Positions 1-9,966 of a stretch of DNA of 48,084 bases are shown here, piece after piece. The notes beneath the pieces were generated by a model, which was not told the origin of the DNA, did not search any database, and was given only the letters and a program-made list of their open reading frames with translations. Positions within the stretch are counted from its first letter, which is position 1. The number at the start of each line of letters is the position of its first letter. This DNA comes from Gillisia sp. (GTDB taxonomy: Bacteria; Bacteroidota; Bacteroidia; Flavobacteriales; Flavobacteriaceae). Location of the stretch: assembly GCA_024635715.1 (NCBI GenBank), contig JAGXIK010000171.1, forward strand, positions 1 through 48,084, given 5' to 3'. The position numbers and the translations under genes were made by a program.

Positions 1-132
1 CAGGCAACAGCCCAAAACTGGATGTTAAAATTCAAAGAAATTCAAACAGAAAAAAACACTTTTTTGCCACCAGTCCAAAATAAGGACAACTTGCATACCA
101 ATCGAAACAAAAACTACAATCAACCATTGTAA
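1..132 (+). CDS. 3' end of an upstream ORF, probably the replication/HTH partner of the downstream ATPase (partial)
   Basis: Frame 1 is open from the window edge and reads QATAQNWMLKFKEIQTEKNTFLPPVQNKDNLHTNRNKNYNQPL* with TAA at 130-132. This resembles the C-terminus of proteins that precede DnaC-like ATPases in flavobacterial mobile elements. Confidence 0.55.
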   Translation, partial: QATAQNWMLKFKEIQTEKNTFLPPVQNKDNLHTNRNKNYNQPL

Positions 133-172
133 ATCTAACAACAGACAACCAACAACCGAAAACCAAAAAACT

Positions 173-829
173 ATGAAAACACCGCACATAAAAATCGAAG
201 GCACCTCAAAATTTCAAATCGGTGAACTGAAAGACAACATCATTCACTACGATTTTGAAAAAATAATAGCCTATCTCAACATCAAAGGCTGTCTGATTTT
301 CGATAAAAATTTCAGACTTTACAAGGAAGATGAACCTTTGCTTTTCAAACTATGCTGTTACTACATCCAGGATCACTGGACCTGCGCCAAAATGGGAATC
401 GACACCAACAAAGGATTGTTGCTTTCTGGGCCGGTTGGCTGCGGAAAAACATCGCTGATGAAATTATTGCCCTATTTGGCGCCACATAAAACCAACTATG
501 AAATCATCCCAACGCGAAACATCGTTTTCAATTTCAATGCTGCCGGATTTGAAGTGTTGGAAAAATATAACGACACCAAAAACTATTGTTTCGATGATCT
601 GGGAGTGGAACCAACTGGTTGCCATTACACAAAAGATTGCAACGTAATGGGAGAAATTTTGCTTTCGCGCTATGATATTTTCAAAACAAAAAACGCAAAA
701 ACGCACATTACCACCAACCTCAACGCCGAAGAACTTGAAGCACGCTACGGCAGTCGCGTTAGGAGCAGATTGAGGGAAATGTTTAACCTTATAAGTTTTG
801 ACCAAACTTCTGTTGATAAAAGTTTGTAA
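173..829 (+). CDS. P-loop ATPase, DnaC/IstB-like helicase-loader family, mobile-element type
   Basis: Walker A GPVGCGKT, Walker B-like CFDDLG, THITTNL, and YGSRVRSRLREM arginine-finger region. Confidence 0.85.
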   Translation: MKTPHIKIEGTSKFQIGELKDNIIHYDFEKIIAYLNIKGCLIFDKNFRLYKEDEPLLFKLCCYYIQDHWTCAKMGIDTNKGLLLSGPVGCGKTSLMKLLPYLAPHKTNYEIIPTRNIVFNFNAAGFEVLEKYNDTKNYCFDDLGVEPTGCHYTKDCNVMGEILLSRYDIFKTKNAKTHITTNLNAEELEARYGSRVRSRLREMFNLISFDQTSVDKSL

Positions 830-847
830 GGTTAAACATCCACGAAC
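521..847 (+). repeat. Direct repeat A, copy 1 (3' half of ATPase plus TTAAACATCCACGAAC)
   Basis: Co-linear without indels (offset 33472) with 33993-34319. About 90% identical over the first ~235 bp by manual count, more diverged afterwards. Confidence 0.95.
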
Positions 848-1074
848 CGTTAGAAGTAGTGCCACTTTAATTAAAGATTTAAAAGTTGAATGGACCTAAT
901 TGAAGTTATAACAATGATTTTTTTATGAGAATTTTAGAGTAAAGGATATTTTGTAAATAAAGTGGAAAGCATTGTATTTCATAATTCGAAGTCAATTCAA
1001 GAAACTTTAAATCTTGTACCTTTATGCCCAATATTTAGGATAAGTGCTCACAGATTTCATAAAATAAGTATTGA

Positions 1075-1119
1075 ACAGGATAGGACAGGATACTTCTTTG
1101 TTGCAATTTGATAACCTTG
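1075..1119 (+). promoter_or_regulatory. Candidate operator (ACAGG ATAGG ACAGG ATA) and possible -7 element upstream of susC
   Basis: 5-bp tandem units at 1075-1092 resemble the motif at 21426-21448. TAACCTTG at 1112-1119 is a near match to the Bacteroidota -7 consensus TAnnTTTG. Confidence 0.55.
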
Positions 1120-1214
1120 CCGTATAATTAGGAATAATAGTTTCCGATTTTATATTTTTTACAAAATGAATCTATTATTAACAAAAAACAGATTAAGTAA
1201 CAAACTAATTTAAT

Positions 1215-4200
1215 ATGGAAAAATCATTTAGAAAATCAATCAAGTTAAAAAGAATTTCATTTTTGATAATAATGTTATTATTTGGATTTCAAAATTATTC
1301 AGTTTCAGCTCAAGAAAAAAAAATTACTGGAACTGTAACTGATTCAAAGGGAACACAATTACCTGGTGTAAACATTATTCAAAAAGGGACAAATAGGGGT
1401 GCTGTAACAGACTTTGATGGTCATTACTCTCTTATAATAGGTAATGGTTCAAAAGTGCTCGTGTTCTCCTATATTGGGTTTAAAACTAAAGAAGTTTTAA
1501 TTGAAAATAAAACAACTTTTGATGTTGTACTTGAAGAAGATGCTCAAAGTCTAGATGAAGTAGTAATAATTGGGTATGGCTCACTAAAGAAAAAAGATAT
1601 GACAGGTTCTGTCGTAGCAATTAAAACAGAAGATTTATTATCAAATAGCCCAGCCAATATTACTCAGGGTTTACAGGGTAAGATGGCTGGTGTTCAAATT
1701 ACATCCAATTCTGGTGCTCCTGGGGCGGGTAACTCTATAACAATTAGAGGTGTTAATTCTATATCTGCGGGCACGGCTCCTCTGTATATAGTTGATGGAG
1801 TCCCTTTTGACTTTGGTGGTGGTGAAGTCGCTTCTTCGACAATAGGAGAAGGAAATTCTTCAAATCCACTAGACGCGATTAATCCATCAGATATCAAATC
1901 TATTTCGATATTAAAAGATGCTTCCGCTACTGCAATTTATGGTTCAAGAGGTGCAAATGGTGTAATTATAATTGAAACTATAAGAGGTGGGAGCAGTGAA
2001 GGTGTTTTAAGTTTTAATATCTATACTGGTGTAAATGAAGCTTCTAGAAAATTACCTATTCTTAATGGAAATGAATTTATTGAATATAGAAGAGATATTG
2101 ATCCAGGAGGATTATTGTTTTTTGGGAATCGAGACCCAAATAAGCCAACTGACCCTTATGCGTTAAAACAACATGATTGGCAAGATGAAATATTAAGAAC
2201 GGGTTTTGTGCAAAACTATGATATTTCTCTGAGAGGAACCGGAGATAAAACAAATTATAGTGTTAGTTTAGGAATATTAGATAGTGAGGCTATTGTAAAA
2301 AATAATGAACAACAACGATATACATTTAGGATGAATTTAGATCATCATAAAAGTGATAAGTTACTTTTAGGTATAAATTCTAATGCTAGTTATTCAGAAA
2401 TTAATGGAGCCTCTCAAAGTGGTGGTGGAAGTGATTTATTTAATGGAGTAGTCCAAAATTTGGTAATTTCTACACCCCTAGAATTATACAATCCATCGTT
2501 TGCGTCTGGGGATGAATATATTTCACCATCTTCTATGATTGATAATGCGTATAAAAAAACAGCTACAGGTGTTATGGGTGTCAATGCATTTATGCATTAC
2601 AGTATTGGCAATAATTTCAGATTAATAGTAAGTGGTAGTGGAAATTTTTCTAGTTCTAAAGGTTCTGAATATTATGGTAAAAGCACCAGTTGGGGTTTTG
2701 GAGATAATGGATATGCTAATCTAAATGAGGCAAGAGCCATAGTTTTAAATGGATCTGCTCAGTTGCATTATTTTAAAACAATAGGAGAAAAACATGATAT
2801 TAAAGCGTTCATTGCTGCAGAAAGGAATAGATATGATTATGAATGGTTCGGTATTACCAAATCAAATTTTTTAGATGAATCAACAGGTGTATTTGATATA
2901 AGCAAAGGAAGCGTACTTAAAAATTCGGGCTCATTTAAAGATATAACAAATAGAGCGTCATTTTTTGGACGTGTAAATTACTCTTATAATAGTAGACATT
3001 TATTTACTTTTACCTATAGGGCAGATGGATCGGATAAATTTGGTGACGGTAATCGATTTGGGTTTTTCCCTTCCGCAGCTTATTCATGGGTGATTTTGGA
3101 TAATAATCTCACAAGTAAAGAATCATTATTTAATTTTGCTAAATTGAGATTAAGTTACGGAGTTACAGGTAATGACCGCATTTCGTCACATAGATATTTG
3201 GCAAGGTTAGAAAATTCATACTACAATGGTGAGCTAGGTTCTTCACCAAGTTCTCAGGCTAATAAAAATCTTAAATGGGAGACAACATATCAATATAATT
3301 TTGGATTTGACTTTGGTTTTTTTGATAATGCAATTACAACGAGTGTAGATGTATATAAAAAAGAAACTCATGATTTGCTAATGCCAATACCAGTTCCGGG
3401 TCGAACAGGTTATTCAAATCAATGGCAAAATATTGGTAGAATTGATAATCAAGGTATAGAATTTCAAATTTCATCAAAAAATATAAATAAGAATGATTTT
3501 AAATGGAATACTGATTTTAACATTTCAAGCAACCAAAACGAAATAATAAAATTAGGTAACGTTGATTTTATACCAGTTACTGTTCCAGGTGGTTGGATTC
3601 AAGACATCGGTCGTTTGACAGTAGGAAGATCAATTGGAGAATCCTACGGTTATGAGTTTGATGGAGTTTATCAAATAAATGATTTTACATGGCAAAACAG
3701 TAGTGATTTAAGTATTCCACATGCTCAAAGGAATTATACTCTCAAAAATGATATAGTTTCTGTAACTGGGGTTAATGTTAGACCAGGTGCACATAAGTTT
3801 AAAGATTTAAATGGAGATAAAGTGATAACATTAGATGATGATAGAAAACATATTAGTAGAAGTGATCCTGTTGCTTTTGGAGGTTTGACAAATACATTTA
3901 AATATAAAAACTTTGATTTGAATATATTTTTACAAGGATCATACGGAAACGAAATATTTAATGAAGCAAAATTCAGATTAGAAGGAGCGGTGTCTAATAC
4001 ATACATGAATGTAACAAAAAATTTCTTTTATAATCATTGGTCTCCAGAAAATCCAACAAATGAGTATGGTGATTATGGAGATAGAAATGCCACGGCACAA
4101 TTGGCTTCTAGTTATTATGTTGAAGACGCTTCATATCTTAGGCTTCAAAGTGTTTCACTTGGTTATAACTTAGATAATAATTTACTTGACAACTTAAATA

Positions 4201-4367
4201 TAAATAGCGCTAGGTTATATGTAACCGGTAATAATCTTCATACGTGGACAAAATATACAGGGTTTGATCCAGAATTAAATTCTGGTGATAAACTGATGAG
4301 TGGCGTAGATCGAATTACATATCCAAGATCCACATCAATCATATTTGGAGTTAATTTAACCTTTTAA
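1215..4367 (+). CDS. susC: SusC/RagA family TonB-dependent transporter
   Basis: N-terminal ITGTVTD...LPGVNI domain, LDEVVIIGYG, plug motif ILKDASATAIYGSRGANGVIII, LKWETT, YVEDASYLRL, and C-terminal GVNLTF. Confidence 0.97.
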   Translation: MEKSFRKSIKLKRISFLIIMLLFGFQNYSVSAQEKKITGTVTDSKGTQLPGVNIIQKGTNRGAVTDFDGHYSLIIGNGSKVLVFSYIGFKTKEVLIENKTTFDVVLEEDAQSLDEVVIIGYGSLKKKDMTGSVVAIKTEDLLSNSPANITQGLQGKMAGVQITSNSGAPGAGNSITIRGVNSISAGTAPLYIVDGVPFDFGGGEVASSTIGEGNSSNPLDAINPSDIKSISILKDASATAIYGSRGANGVIIIETIRGGSSEGVLSFNIYTGVNEASRKLPILNGNEFIEYRRDIDPGGLLFFGNRDPNKPTDPYALKQHDWQDEILRTGFVQNYDISLRGTGDKTNYSVSLGILDSEAIVKNNEQQRYTFRMNLDHHKSDKLLLGINSNASYSEINGASQSGGGSDLFNGVVQNLVISTPLELYNPSFASGDEYISPSSMIDNAYKKTATGVMGVNAFMHYSIGNNFRLIVSGSGNFSSSKGSEYYGKSTSWGFGDNGYANLNEARAIVLNGSAQLHYFKTIGEKHDIKAFIAAERNRYDYEWFGITKSNFLDESTGVFDISKGSVLKNSGSFKDITNRASFFGRVNYSYNSRHLFTFTYRADGSDKFGDGNRFGFFPSAAYSWVILDNNLTSKESLFNFAKLRLSYGVTGNDRISSHRYLARLENSYYNGELGSSPSSQANKNLKWETTYQYNFGFDFGFFDNAITTSVDVYKKETHDLLMPIPVPGRTGYSNQWQNIGRIDNQGIEFQISSKNINKNDFKWNTDFNISSNQNEIIKLGNVDFIPVTVPGGWIQDIGRLTVGRSIGESYGYEFDGVYQINDFTWQNSSDLSIPHAQRNYTLKNDIVSVTGVNVRPGAHKFKDLNGDKVITLDDDRKHISRSDPVAFGGLTNTFKYKNFDLNIFLQGSYGNEIFNEAKFRLEGAVSNTYMNVTKNFFYNHWSPENPTNEYGDYGDRNATAQLASSYYVEDASYLRLQSVSLGYNLDNNLLDNLNINSARLYVTGNNLHTWTKYTGFDPELNSGDKLMSGVDRITYPRSTSIIFGVNLTF

Positions 4368-4378
4368 AAATAATCATT

Positions 4379-6004
4379 ATGAAAATATATAAAATAATAA
4401 CATTTTTAATTATTCCATTAGTACTAATTACTATTAGTAGTTGTACGTCAGAGTTAGACACACAACCGTATTCTTTTAATACTGTTGATAAATTGTATAC
4501 GTCGGCTAGTGGTGCAGAGTTAGGTTTAACAGGTTGTTATAACATACTTAATGCTGAAAATATTCAAGAAACAGCATGGGCTTCAACCTTTGTAGCGACA
4601 ATGCCTTTTATGTTAAATGGTGGAACAGATGAAGTTGTAACCCAAGATGGGTTTACGGATCCTTCCTGGGCCCCTTTTGGAAATGGGTCATACACCCAAC
4701 AAAATCCAAAAATTAAAGACAATTGGTTTGCATTATTTGCAGGAATCAATAGAGTAAATTACCTATTAGAAAAAATTGATGGTGTTGAGATGGATGATGT
4801 TCGAAGAAATGAGATTAAAGGAGAAGCACACTTTTTAAGAGGTACATATTATTTTTACTTAGCAATAGAATTTGGAGGTTTGCCAATTTACACAAAGTCA
4901 GACGTCGATTTAGACCAACAAAGACAATCTTTAGAACTTGTCTATTCATTGATTATAGATGATTTTAATATTGCTTATAATACTCTAAATGATAGAGCAG
5001 ATAAAATTGGAAGGGCAAATAAATGGTCAGCTGCAGGTTATCTAAGTAAAGTTTACACTTATTTAGCAAGCTGTAAAACTAATAACGTTGGACAAGGTGG
5101 ATTAGAAATAAATAGTTTTGGTTGGGTAGACGCAAATACAATGTATAAAAATGCTTTTAATGTGACAGAAGATATTATTGCAAAGAGCGGACTTAAATTA
5201 ACTGAAAATTATGACTATCTTTTTAGAGAAACAACCGAGGATGCAAAATATGAAGAAAGTCTCTTCTCTGTTTTAGGTAGTAAAACTGTAGGCAATGGAA
5301 ACTTAAATCTCTATTTGTTTTGGCAAATTCCTGTAGGCCAAGCAGGAGCTGGAGGTGGTTATGGTTGGATGCGTCCTGTAGGTGAATTATTTAATAAATA
5401 TGATGAATCCGATATAAGAAGATCACATAACCTTACACAATCATTACTTCTTTCAAACCCGACTGAAAGTATTGAAGGAATTACTTATTATATTCCAATT
5501 CCTTTAACAGATCCATTCCAAAATGATTTATGCGTTGGTAAGTTCAGATATAGAGCCGCTGATCAAAAAGATATTTCATCAGCATGGTCTGATGGTAATT
5601 TCAGTCTAATTCGATTAGCTGATATAATATTACTTAATGCAGAATCTCGTTATTTTAATGGAGACGAAGCAGGAGCAAGAGAAAGATTAAGAGAAGTAAG
5701 AGCCAGAATTGCTCTAAATGCCAGTAATCTAAATACACTTACAACAAATTATTATAATTCAGATTTTGTAACAGAACTATTAGAATCTCGATCAAGAGAA
5801 CTATGTTTTGAAGGATGGCGTAGAATTGATTTAATTAGATTTGGAAAAATTGATCAAACTATAGCTAGCTTGCGTAGTGATAAAGGTCGTTGGAATAGTA
5901 TTGTGCCTCTTTTACAAGCTGATTGGAAAACTGAAAAAATGTGGTTTCCAATCCCTCAGTCAGAAATTGATCTAAGTCCTTTGGATCAAAATCCAGGATA
6001 TTAA
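4379..6004 (+). CDS. susD: RagB/SusD family nutrient-binding lipoprotein
   Basis: Lipobox ISSC, GEAHFLRG, IRLADIILLNAE, RELCFEGWRRIDLIRFG, and C-terminal QNPGY. Immediately follows susC. Confidence 0.96.
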   Translation: MKIYKIITFLIIPLVLITISSCTSELDTQPYSFNTVDKLYTSASGAELGLTGCYNILNAENIQETAWASTFVATMPFMLNGGTDEVVTQDGFTDPSWAPFGNGSYTQQNPKIKDNWFALFAGINRVNYLLEKIDGVEMDDVRRNEIKGEAHFLRGTYYFYLAIEFGGLPIYTKSDVDLDQQRQSLELVYSLIIDDFNIAYNTLNDRADKIGRANKWSAAGYLSKVYTYLASCKTNNVGQGGLEINSFGWVDANTMYKNAFNVTEDIIAKSGLKLTENYDYLFRETTEDAKYEESLFSVLGSKTVGNGNLNLYLFWQIPVGQAGAGGGYGWMRPVGELFNKYDESDIRRSHNLTQSLLLSNPTESIEGITYYIPIPLTDPFQNDLCVGKFRYRAADQKDISSAWSDGNFSLIRLADIILLNAESRYFNGDEAGARERLREVRARIALNASNLNTLTTNYYNSDFVTELLESRSRELCFEGWRRIDLIRFGKIDQTIASLRSDKGRWNSIVPLLQADWKTEKMWFPIPQSEIDLSPLDQNPGY

Positions 6005-6026
6005 TTAAATATTAAAAAGTAGAAAC

Positions 6027-7241
6027 ATGAAAAATATATTTTTTAAACAATTTAGATTTAATAGAATTGTTGGCAACTTATTTATTTTTGTATTAATCTT
6101 ACAATCTTGTCAACCAGAAGAAAATTTCCCAACACCAAAATCGGCTACAATTATTACTGAAGCTGTAACAGCTATAACTGGAACTTCTGCTACTAGTGGT
6201 GGTCAAATTTCTTCAGATGGAGGTTTTAAAATTTCCACCCAAGGAGTCTGTTGGGATACGATACAAAATCCAACAATTGGAAAATCATTTTCGATTGACA
6301 CTTCAGGGAAATCAGAATTCACCTCTGAATTAAGTGGACTATCTGGTGGTACAACTTATTATGTAAGAGCTTATTCAACTAACGTTGGTGGTATTACTTA
6401 TGGAAATGAAGAGGTTTTTACAACAAATGTCGTTCCATTGATGACGACCACTGAAGTTACACAAATAACTGGTAACTCTGCAAAAAGTGGAGGGTTTATC
6501 ACTGAAACATTTGGTGCTCAAATTACAGATAGAGGTATTTGTTGGAGTATAAAAATAAATCCAAGTGTTTCTGACCAAAAAGTTTCATTAGGTGCTGGTG
6601 AAAATTCATTTGAAGCTACAATGAATAACCTTAAATCAGGAACTCCTTATCATGTAAGATCCTATGCAATAACATCTGAGGGAGACGTTTCTTATGGTAA
6701 AGATATTTTGTTTGAAACTCAATTGGTTGATTTTGATGGAAATGTTTATACAACTGTTGAAATAGGAGAACAAGTTTGGATGGTTCAAAATTTCATTTGT
6801 ACAACTTATAATGATGGTACACCAATAGACTCTAATGATTATACTTGGAATACAGCAGATATAAATCAAGAATATGGTTTAAATTATAGATGGACAGCAA
6901 CTGATAATCCTAACTTTGCCCCAGAAGGATGGCATGTACCAACTTCTGATGAATGGTTAACATTGTTCGATATTGTTGATGGCGAAGTAAATAAATTAAA
7001 AGAATCAGGTACAGACCATTGGAATTCTGATAACGGTACTAATGAAACTGGCTTTACGGCATTGGGTAGTGGGCATATTTACGGTCAACCTTTAAAAACA
7101 GAAACAACTTGGTGGAGTTCTACTATAGATTCAGGTAGTGGTAACCCATATAGATGGGCGATGAATGACAATGGAGAATTTTATGGAGGCCCATGGAATG
7201 GAACAGGCTTTATCTTTTCGGTTAGATTGATAAAAGACTAA
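6027..7241 (+). CDS. Lipoprotein with two FN3-like repeats and a C-terminal FISUMP (Fib_succ_major) domain
   Basis: Lipobox LQSC. Two repeats of ITGxSAxSGGxI...GxCW...TYYVRAY/PYHVRSY. FISUMP motifs DFDGNVYTTVEIGEQVWMVQN, PEGWHVPT, NETGFTA, SVRLIKD. Confidence 0.85.
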   Translation: MKNIFFKQFRFNRIVGNLFIFVLILQSCQPEENFPTPKSATIITEAVTAITGTSATSGGQISSDGGFKISTQGVCWDTIQNPTIGKSFSIDTSGKSEFTSELSGLSGGTTYYVRAYSTNVGGITYGNEEVFTTNVVPLMTTTEVTQITGNSAKSGGFITETFGAQITDRGICWSIKINPSVSDQKVSLGAGENSFEATMNNLKSGTPYHVRSYAITSEGDVSYGKDILFETQLVDFDGNVYTTVEIGEQVWMVQNFICTTYNDGTPIDSNDYTWNTADINQEYGLNYRWTATDNPNFAPEGWHVPTSDEWLTLFDIVDGEVNKLKESGTDHWNSDNGTNETGFTALGSGHIYGQPLKTETTWWSSTIDSGSGNPYRWAMNDNGEFYGGPWNGTGFIFSVRLIKD

Positions 7242-7263
7242 TATCTATTATTATTATTATTAT

Positions 7264-7365
7264 TATTATGAGTTCAATATGATTTGTAAAAGAATTATTT
7301 GAATACTTGAAGCATCAGGATATAAAAATATTATCTTTTTTAAATTTAAACCTGAACTCATAATA
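7264..7365. repeat. 13-bp perfect inverted repeat with 76-bp spacer, adjoining a (TTA)n tract
   Basis: TATTATGAGTTCA at 7264-7276 and TGAACTCATAATA at 7353-7365. TTA run at about 7247-7269. Confidence 0.6.
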
Positions 7366-7441
7366 TTAATTAATGGAGTTTCAACTCAATATTTTCAAAG
7401 TATTTTACAATGAAATATTATTAATTAATAAAATAAAAATT

Positions 7442-8977
7442 ATGAATCACTTTTTAAGAATATTTTTTATTTTGAGCTTATTTTTAGTTTCATGTAGTGA
7501 TGATAATGAAATTGATAGAGCTTACCAAGCTAAAGAAACTATATCATTAAAAAAAAATACTACGGCTACAATTCAGTCAAAATCTACACAATTTCAACAA
7601 ATCGAATTACTGAATGATCCAATATTTCAAACAGGTTTTAATGTTTTGGAACCTACTACTGGTGTTATACAGGGAAGTCTTCAATATACAAGTGCTAATG
7701 GAAGCCCTCAATGGAATCTTACCCAATGGTATAGTAGTTCATCTATATATGGGAGTTCTCCTACAATTTTAAGTTCTGGGTCATATCAATTTGCAGATTC
7801 TAATAAAGCCATTACGATTGGTCCATCAACTTCAAGCGACGGGAATCTAATTTTTGCATTAAATGGATTCAATGATTTTAACGGAGTATACAGAGGAGCA
7901 AGTGACCCATTCCCTCATTTATTGGCGGATCAACGTATCGCAGATCCTGATGGTTGGCTGGGTACTTCCACCCCTTTTATCGGGGAAATGTCAAGTCTCG
8001 ATTTTTCTATTGATGCCCTACTGCAATATCATGTGCGTAATCAACTGTCAGGATATAATCCAGCGATCCATTCTTTGCAATATAACTGTGTATTTCTGAT
8101 CCAGAATTTACGACAAGGAAATAGCGGTTATGGCAAAAATATGTATTTTATGAGTACACTTTTTGACGACAGATATCCAGTTCCTAGTCAGAATATTCAA
8201 ATTGATTTGTTTACCGGTAAATTTATTTACGACGTGGGACTTATCCCATTTTCCAGTACTGGCTTAACAGTTGGGACGTGGAAAACCATAAGTGGTAACC
8301 TCCTACCATTAATCAAAAATGCCTTAAATGAGGCCTGGGGGAGGGGTATACTTACCGAATCAACTTTATTTAGCGACTATAAGGTTTCTATGTTTACTAC
8401 GGGTTTTGAATGCTCGGGATTAAACATCGGTACAATGCAAATTAAAAATTTGATTTTGACAGCACATCAAACTGTTGATTATGATGGGAATGTTTACAAT
8501 ACTGTTAATATTGGAAATGACATTTGGATGGTTGAGAATTTTAAATCCACTCATTTTAATGATGGTTCACCAATTACAATAAACTATCATCCAGATGATC
8601 CAACTCACATTTACGGTCCTTCATACTCATGGAATGATATTGTAAAACCGAGCTTTGTACCTGCAGGTTGGCATGTCGCTACAGATGTAGAATGGCAAGC
8701 ACTTTATGATTATGTTGCTGGTGATGGAAATAAACTAAAAGAGATTGGATCAGTTCATTGGAATACTGCTAATGGAACTAATGAAACTGGATTCACAGCT
8801 TTTGGAAGCGCCCATATATATGGCGCTGCACTTAAAACAGAAGGGACTTGGTGGGTAGCAACAGAAAATGATACTACTAACGGATTGCGTTGGTCCATTT
8901 TTGATAACGGAAATATGTGGCGTGGCGCAAATGATAAAAATATGTTTTTTCCTGTTAGATTAGTAAAAAATAAATAA
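7442..8977 (+). CDS. Lipoprotein: uncharacterised GH12-like domain (paralogue 1) plus C-terminal FISUMP domain
   Basis: Start moved from 7373 to ATG 7442 (MNHFLRIFFILSLFLVSC lipobox). The central domain shares motifs with 9000-9965 and 12562-13563. The C-terminal FISUMP is paralogous to that of 6027-7241. Confidence 0.8.
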   Translation: MNHFLRIFFILSLFLVSCSDDNEIDRAYQAKETISLKKNTTATIQSKSTQFQQIELLNDPIFQTGFNVLEPTTGVIQGSLQYTSANGSPQWNLTQWYSSSSIYGSSPTILSSGSYQFADSNKAITIGPSTSSDGNLIFALNGFNDFNGVYRGASDPFPHLLADQRIADPDGWLGTSTPFIGEMSSLDFSIDALLQYHVRNQLSGYNPAIHSLQYNCVFLIQNLRQGNSGYGKNMYFMSTLFDDRYPVPSQNIQIDLFTGKFIYDVGLIPFSSTGLTVGTWKTISGNLLPLIKNALNEAWGRGILTESTLFSDYKVSMFTTGFECSGLNIGTMQIKNLILTAHQTVDYDGNVYNTVNIGNDIWMVENFKSTHFNDGSPITINYHPDDPTHIYGPSYSWNDIVKPSFVPAGWHVATDVEWQALYDYVAGDGNKLKEIGSVHWNTANGTNETGFTAFGSAHIYGAALKTEGTWWVATENDTTNGLRWSIFDNGNMWRGANDKNMFFPVRLVKNK

Positions 8978-8999
8978 GTGATAAAATAAAATTTTAAAA

Positions 9000-9965
9000 A
9001 TGAAAAAAAGGTTAATCACAAGCTCGTTGCTGGTTTTTGTTTTATCTAGTTGTAATTTTGGTAAAATAGATGAAACAAATAAAGAAACAGGATATGAAGT
9101 TTTCAAAGATCTTACAATTGAGAATGGGATAAATATAAAAGGTACAAATAGTGCCGATCCTTCCACGAAAAGTATAATCTACCCATTTGGGAAGGTTGAT
9201 GGAGCAAAAACAATATGGACTCTTGCAGAATGGGGATCTAAAAAGGATTTAGTTGATGCTACGCCTAATAATACTAAAGATGGCATTACTTACTCAGAAA
9301 CCGGTAAAAATATTTCATTTAAAAAAGAGAATAATACCATAGAGGTGACTATGGAAGTTATAGCTTCTGATGAGTATGATGCACCTAGAAAGGATGGTGA
9401 AGATTGGCCGCATCTTTTGATGGAGCAAAAGATAGATACTAATAATAAGATAGAGAATGCTGGTGAAATGAATTTTACTTTGGATGTTAAACTATTGAGA
9501 AATGAGATAAAAATGGAAGATTTTGAATTTGACCCCAATATGCATACAGCACAGTTTTCAATATATTTTAGTGTAGGAAATATCAATCCAGAATCTGAAA
9601 GCTATGGTGATTATTTCTGGTTTGGGTTACCAGTTTATGATTATCGTTATCCTGATGGAATTGAAGAATATTCAGCTCAAGACTTAGGAAAAGAAGACGC
9701 TACAAATAAATTTATATACAAACCTGCCAGTAAAGAGGTATTTAAAGGAAATGTAAATAATAAAGAATGGATAAAAATTAATTTAGACATACTTCCTTAT
9801 ATTAAAAAGGCTATTCAAACAGCAAAGGGAAGAGGATACCTTAAAGGAAGTAATACACCTGATCTAGCAATAGGAAGTTCAAATATTGGATGGGAAGTTC
9901 AAGGAACTTTTGACTGTTCTATAAAATATAAAAATCTTAGCTTAACTTATATACCAAAAGAATAA
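9000..9965 (+). CDS. Lipoprotein, uncharacterised GH12-like domain (paralogue 2)
   Basis: Lipobox LSSC. Motifs WTLAEW, WPHLL, HTAQF, YGDYFWFG, DYRY, NIGWEVQG. Confidence 0.8.
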   Translation: MKKRLITSSLLVFVLSSCNFGKIDETNKETGYEVFKDLTIENGINIKGTNSADPSTKSIIYPFGKVDGAKTIWTLAEWGSKKDLVDATPNNTKDGITYSETGKNISFKKENNTIEVTMEVIASDEYDAPRKDGEDWPHLLMEQKIDTNNKIENAGEMNFTLDVKLLRNEIKMEDFEFDPNMHTAQFSIYFSVGNINPESESYGDYFWFGLPVYDYRYPDGIEEYSAQDLGKEDATNKFIYKPASKEVFKGNVNNKEWIKINLDILPYIKKAIQTAKGRGYLKGSNTPDLAIGSSNIGWEVQGTFDCSIKYKNLSLTYIPKE

Positions 9966-9966
9966 T

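Noticed and set aside
464-865. This and other short ORFs overlapping long genes (e.g. 1694-1897, 14497-14940, 32801-33193, 39775-40176)
   Set aside because: Antisense or alternate-frame shadows of well-supported genes, with no motifs of their own.
6720-8977. Diversity-generating retroelement targeting the FISUMP domains
   Set aside because: No reverse transcriptase and no near-identical template repeat with adenine-specific differences. The two domains are ordinary diverged paralogues.
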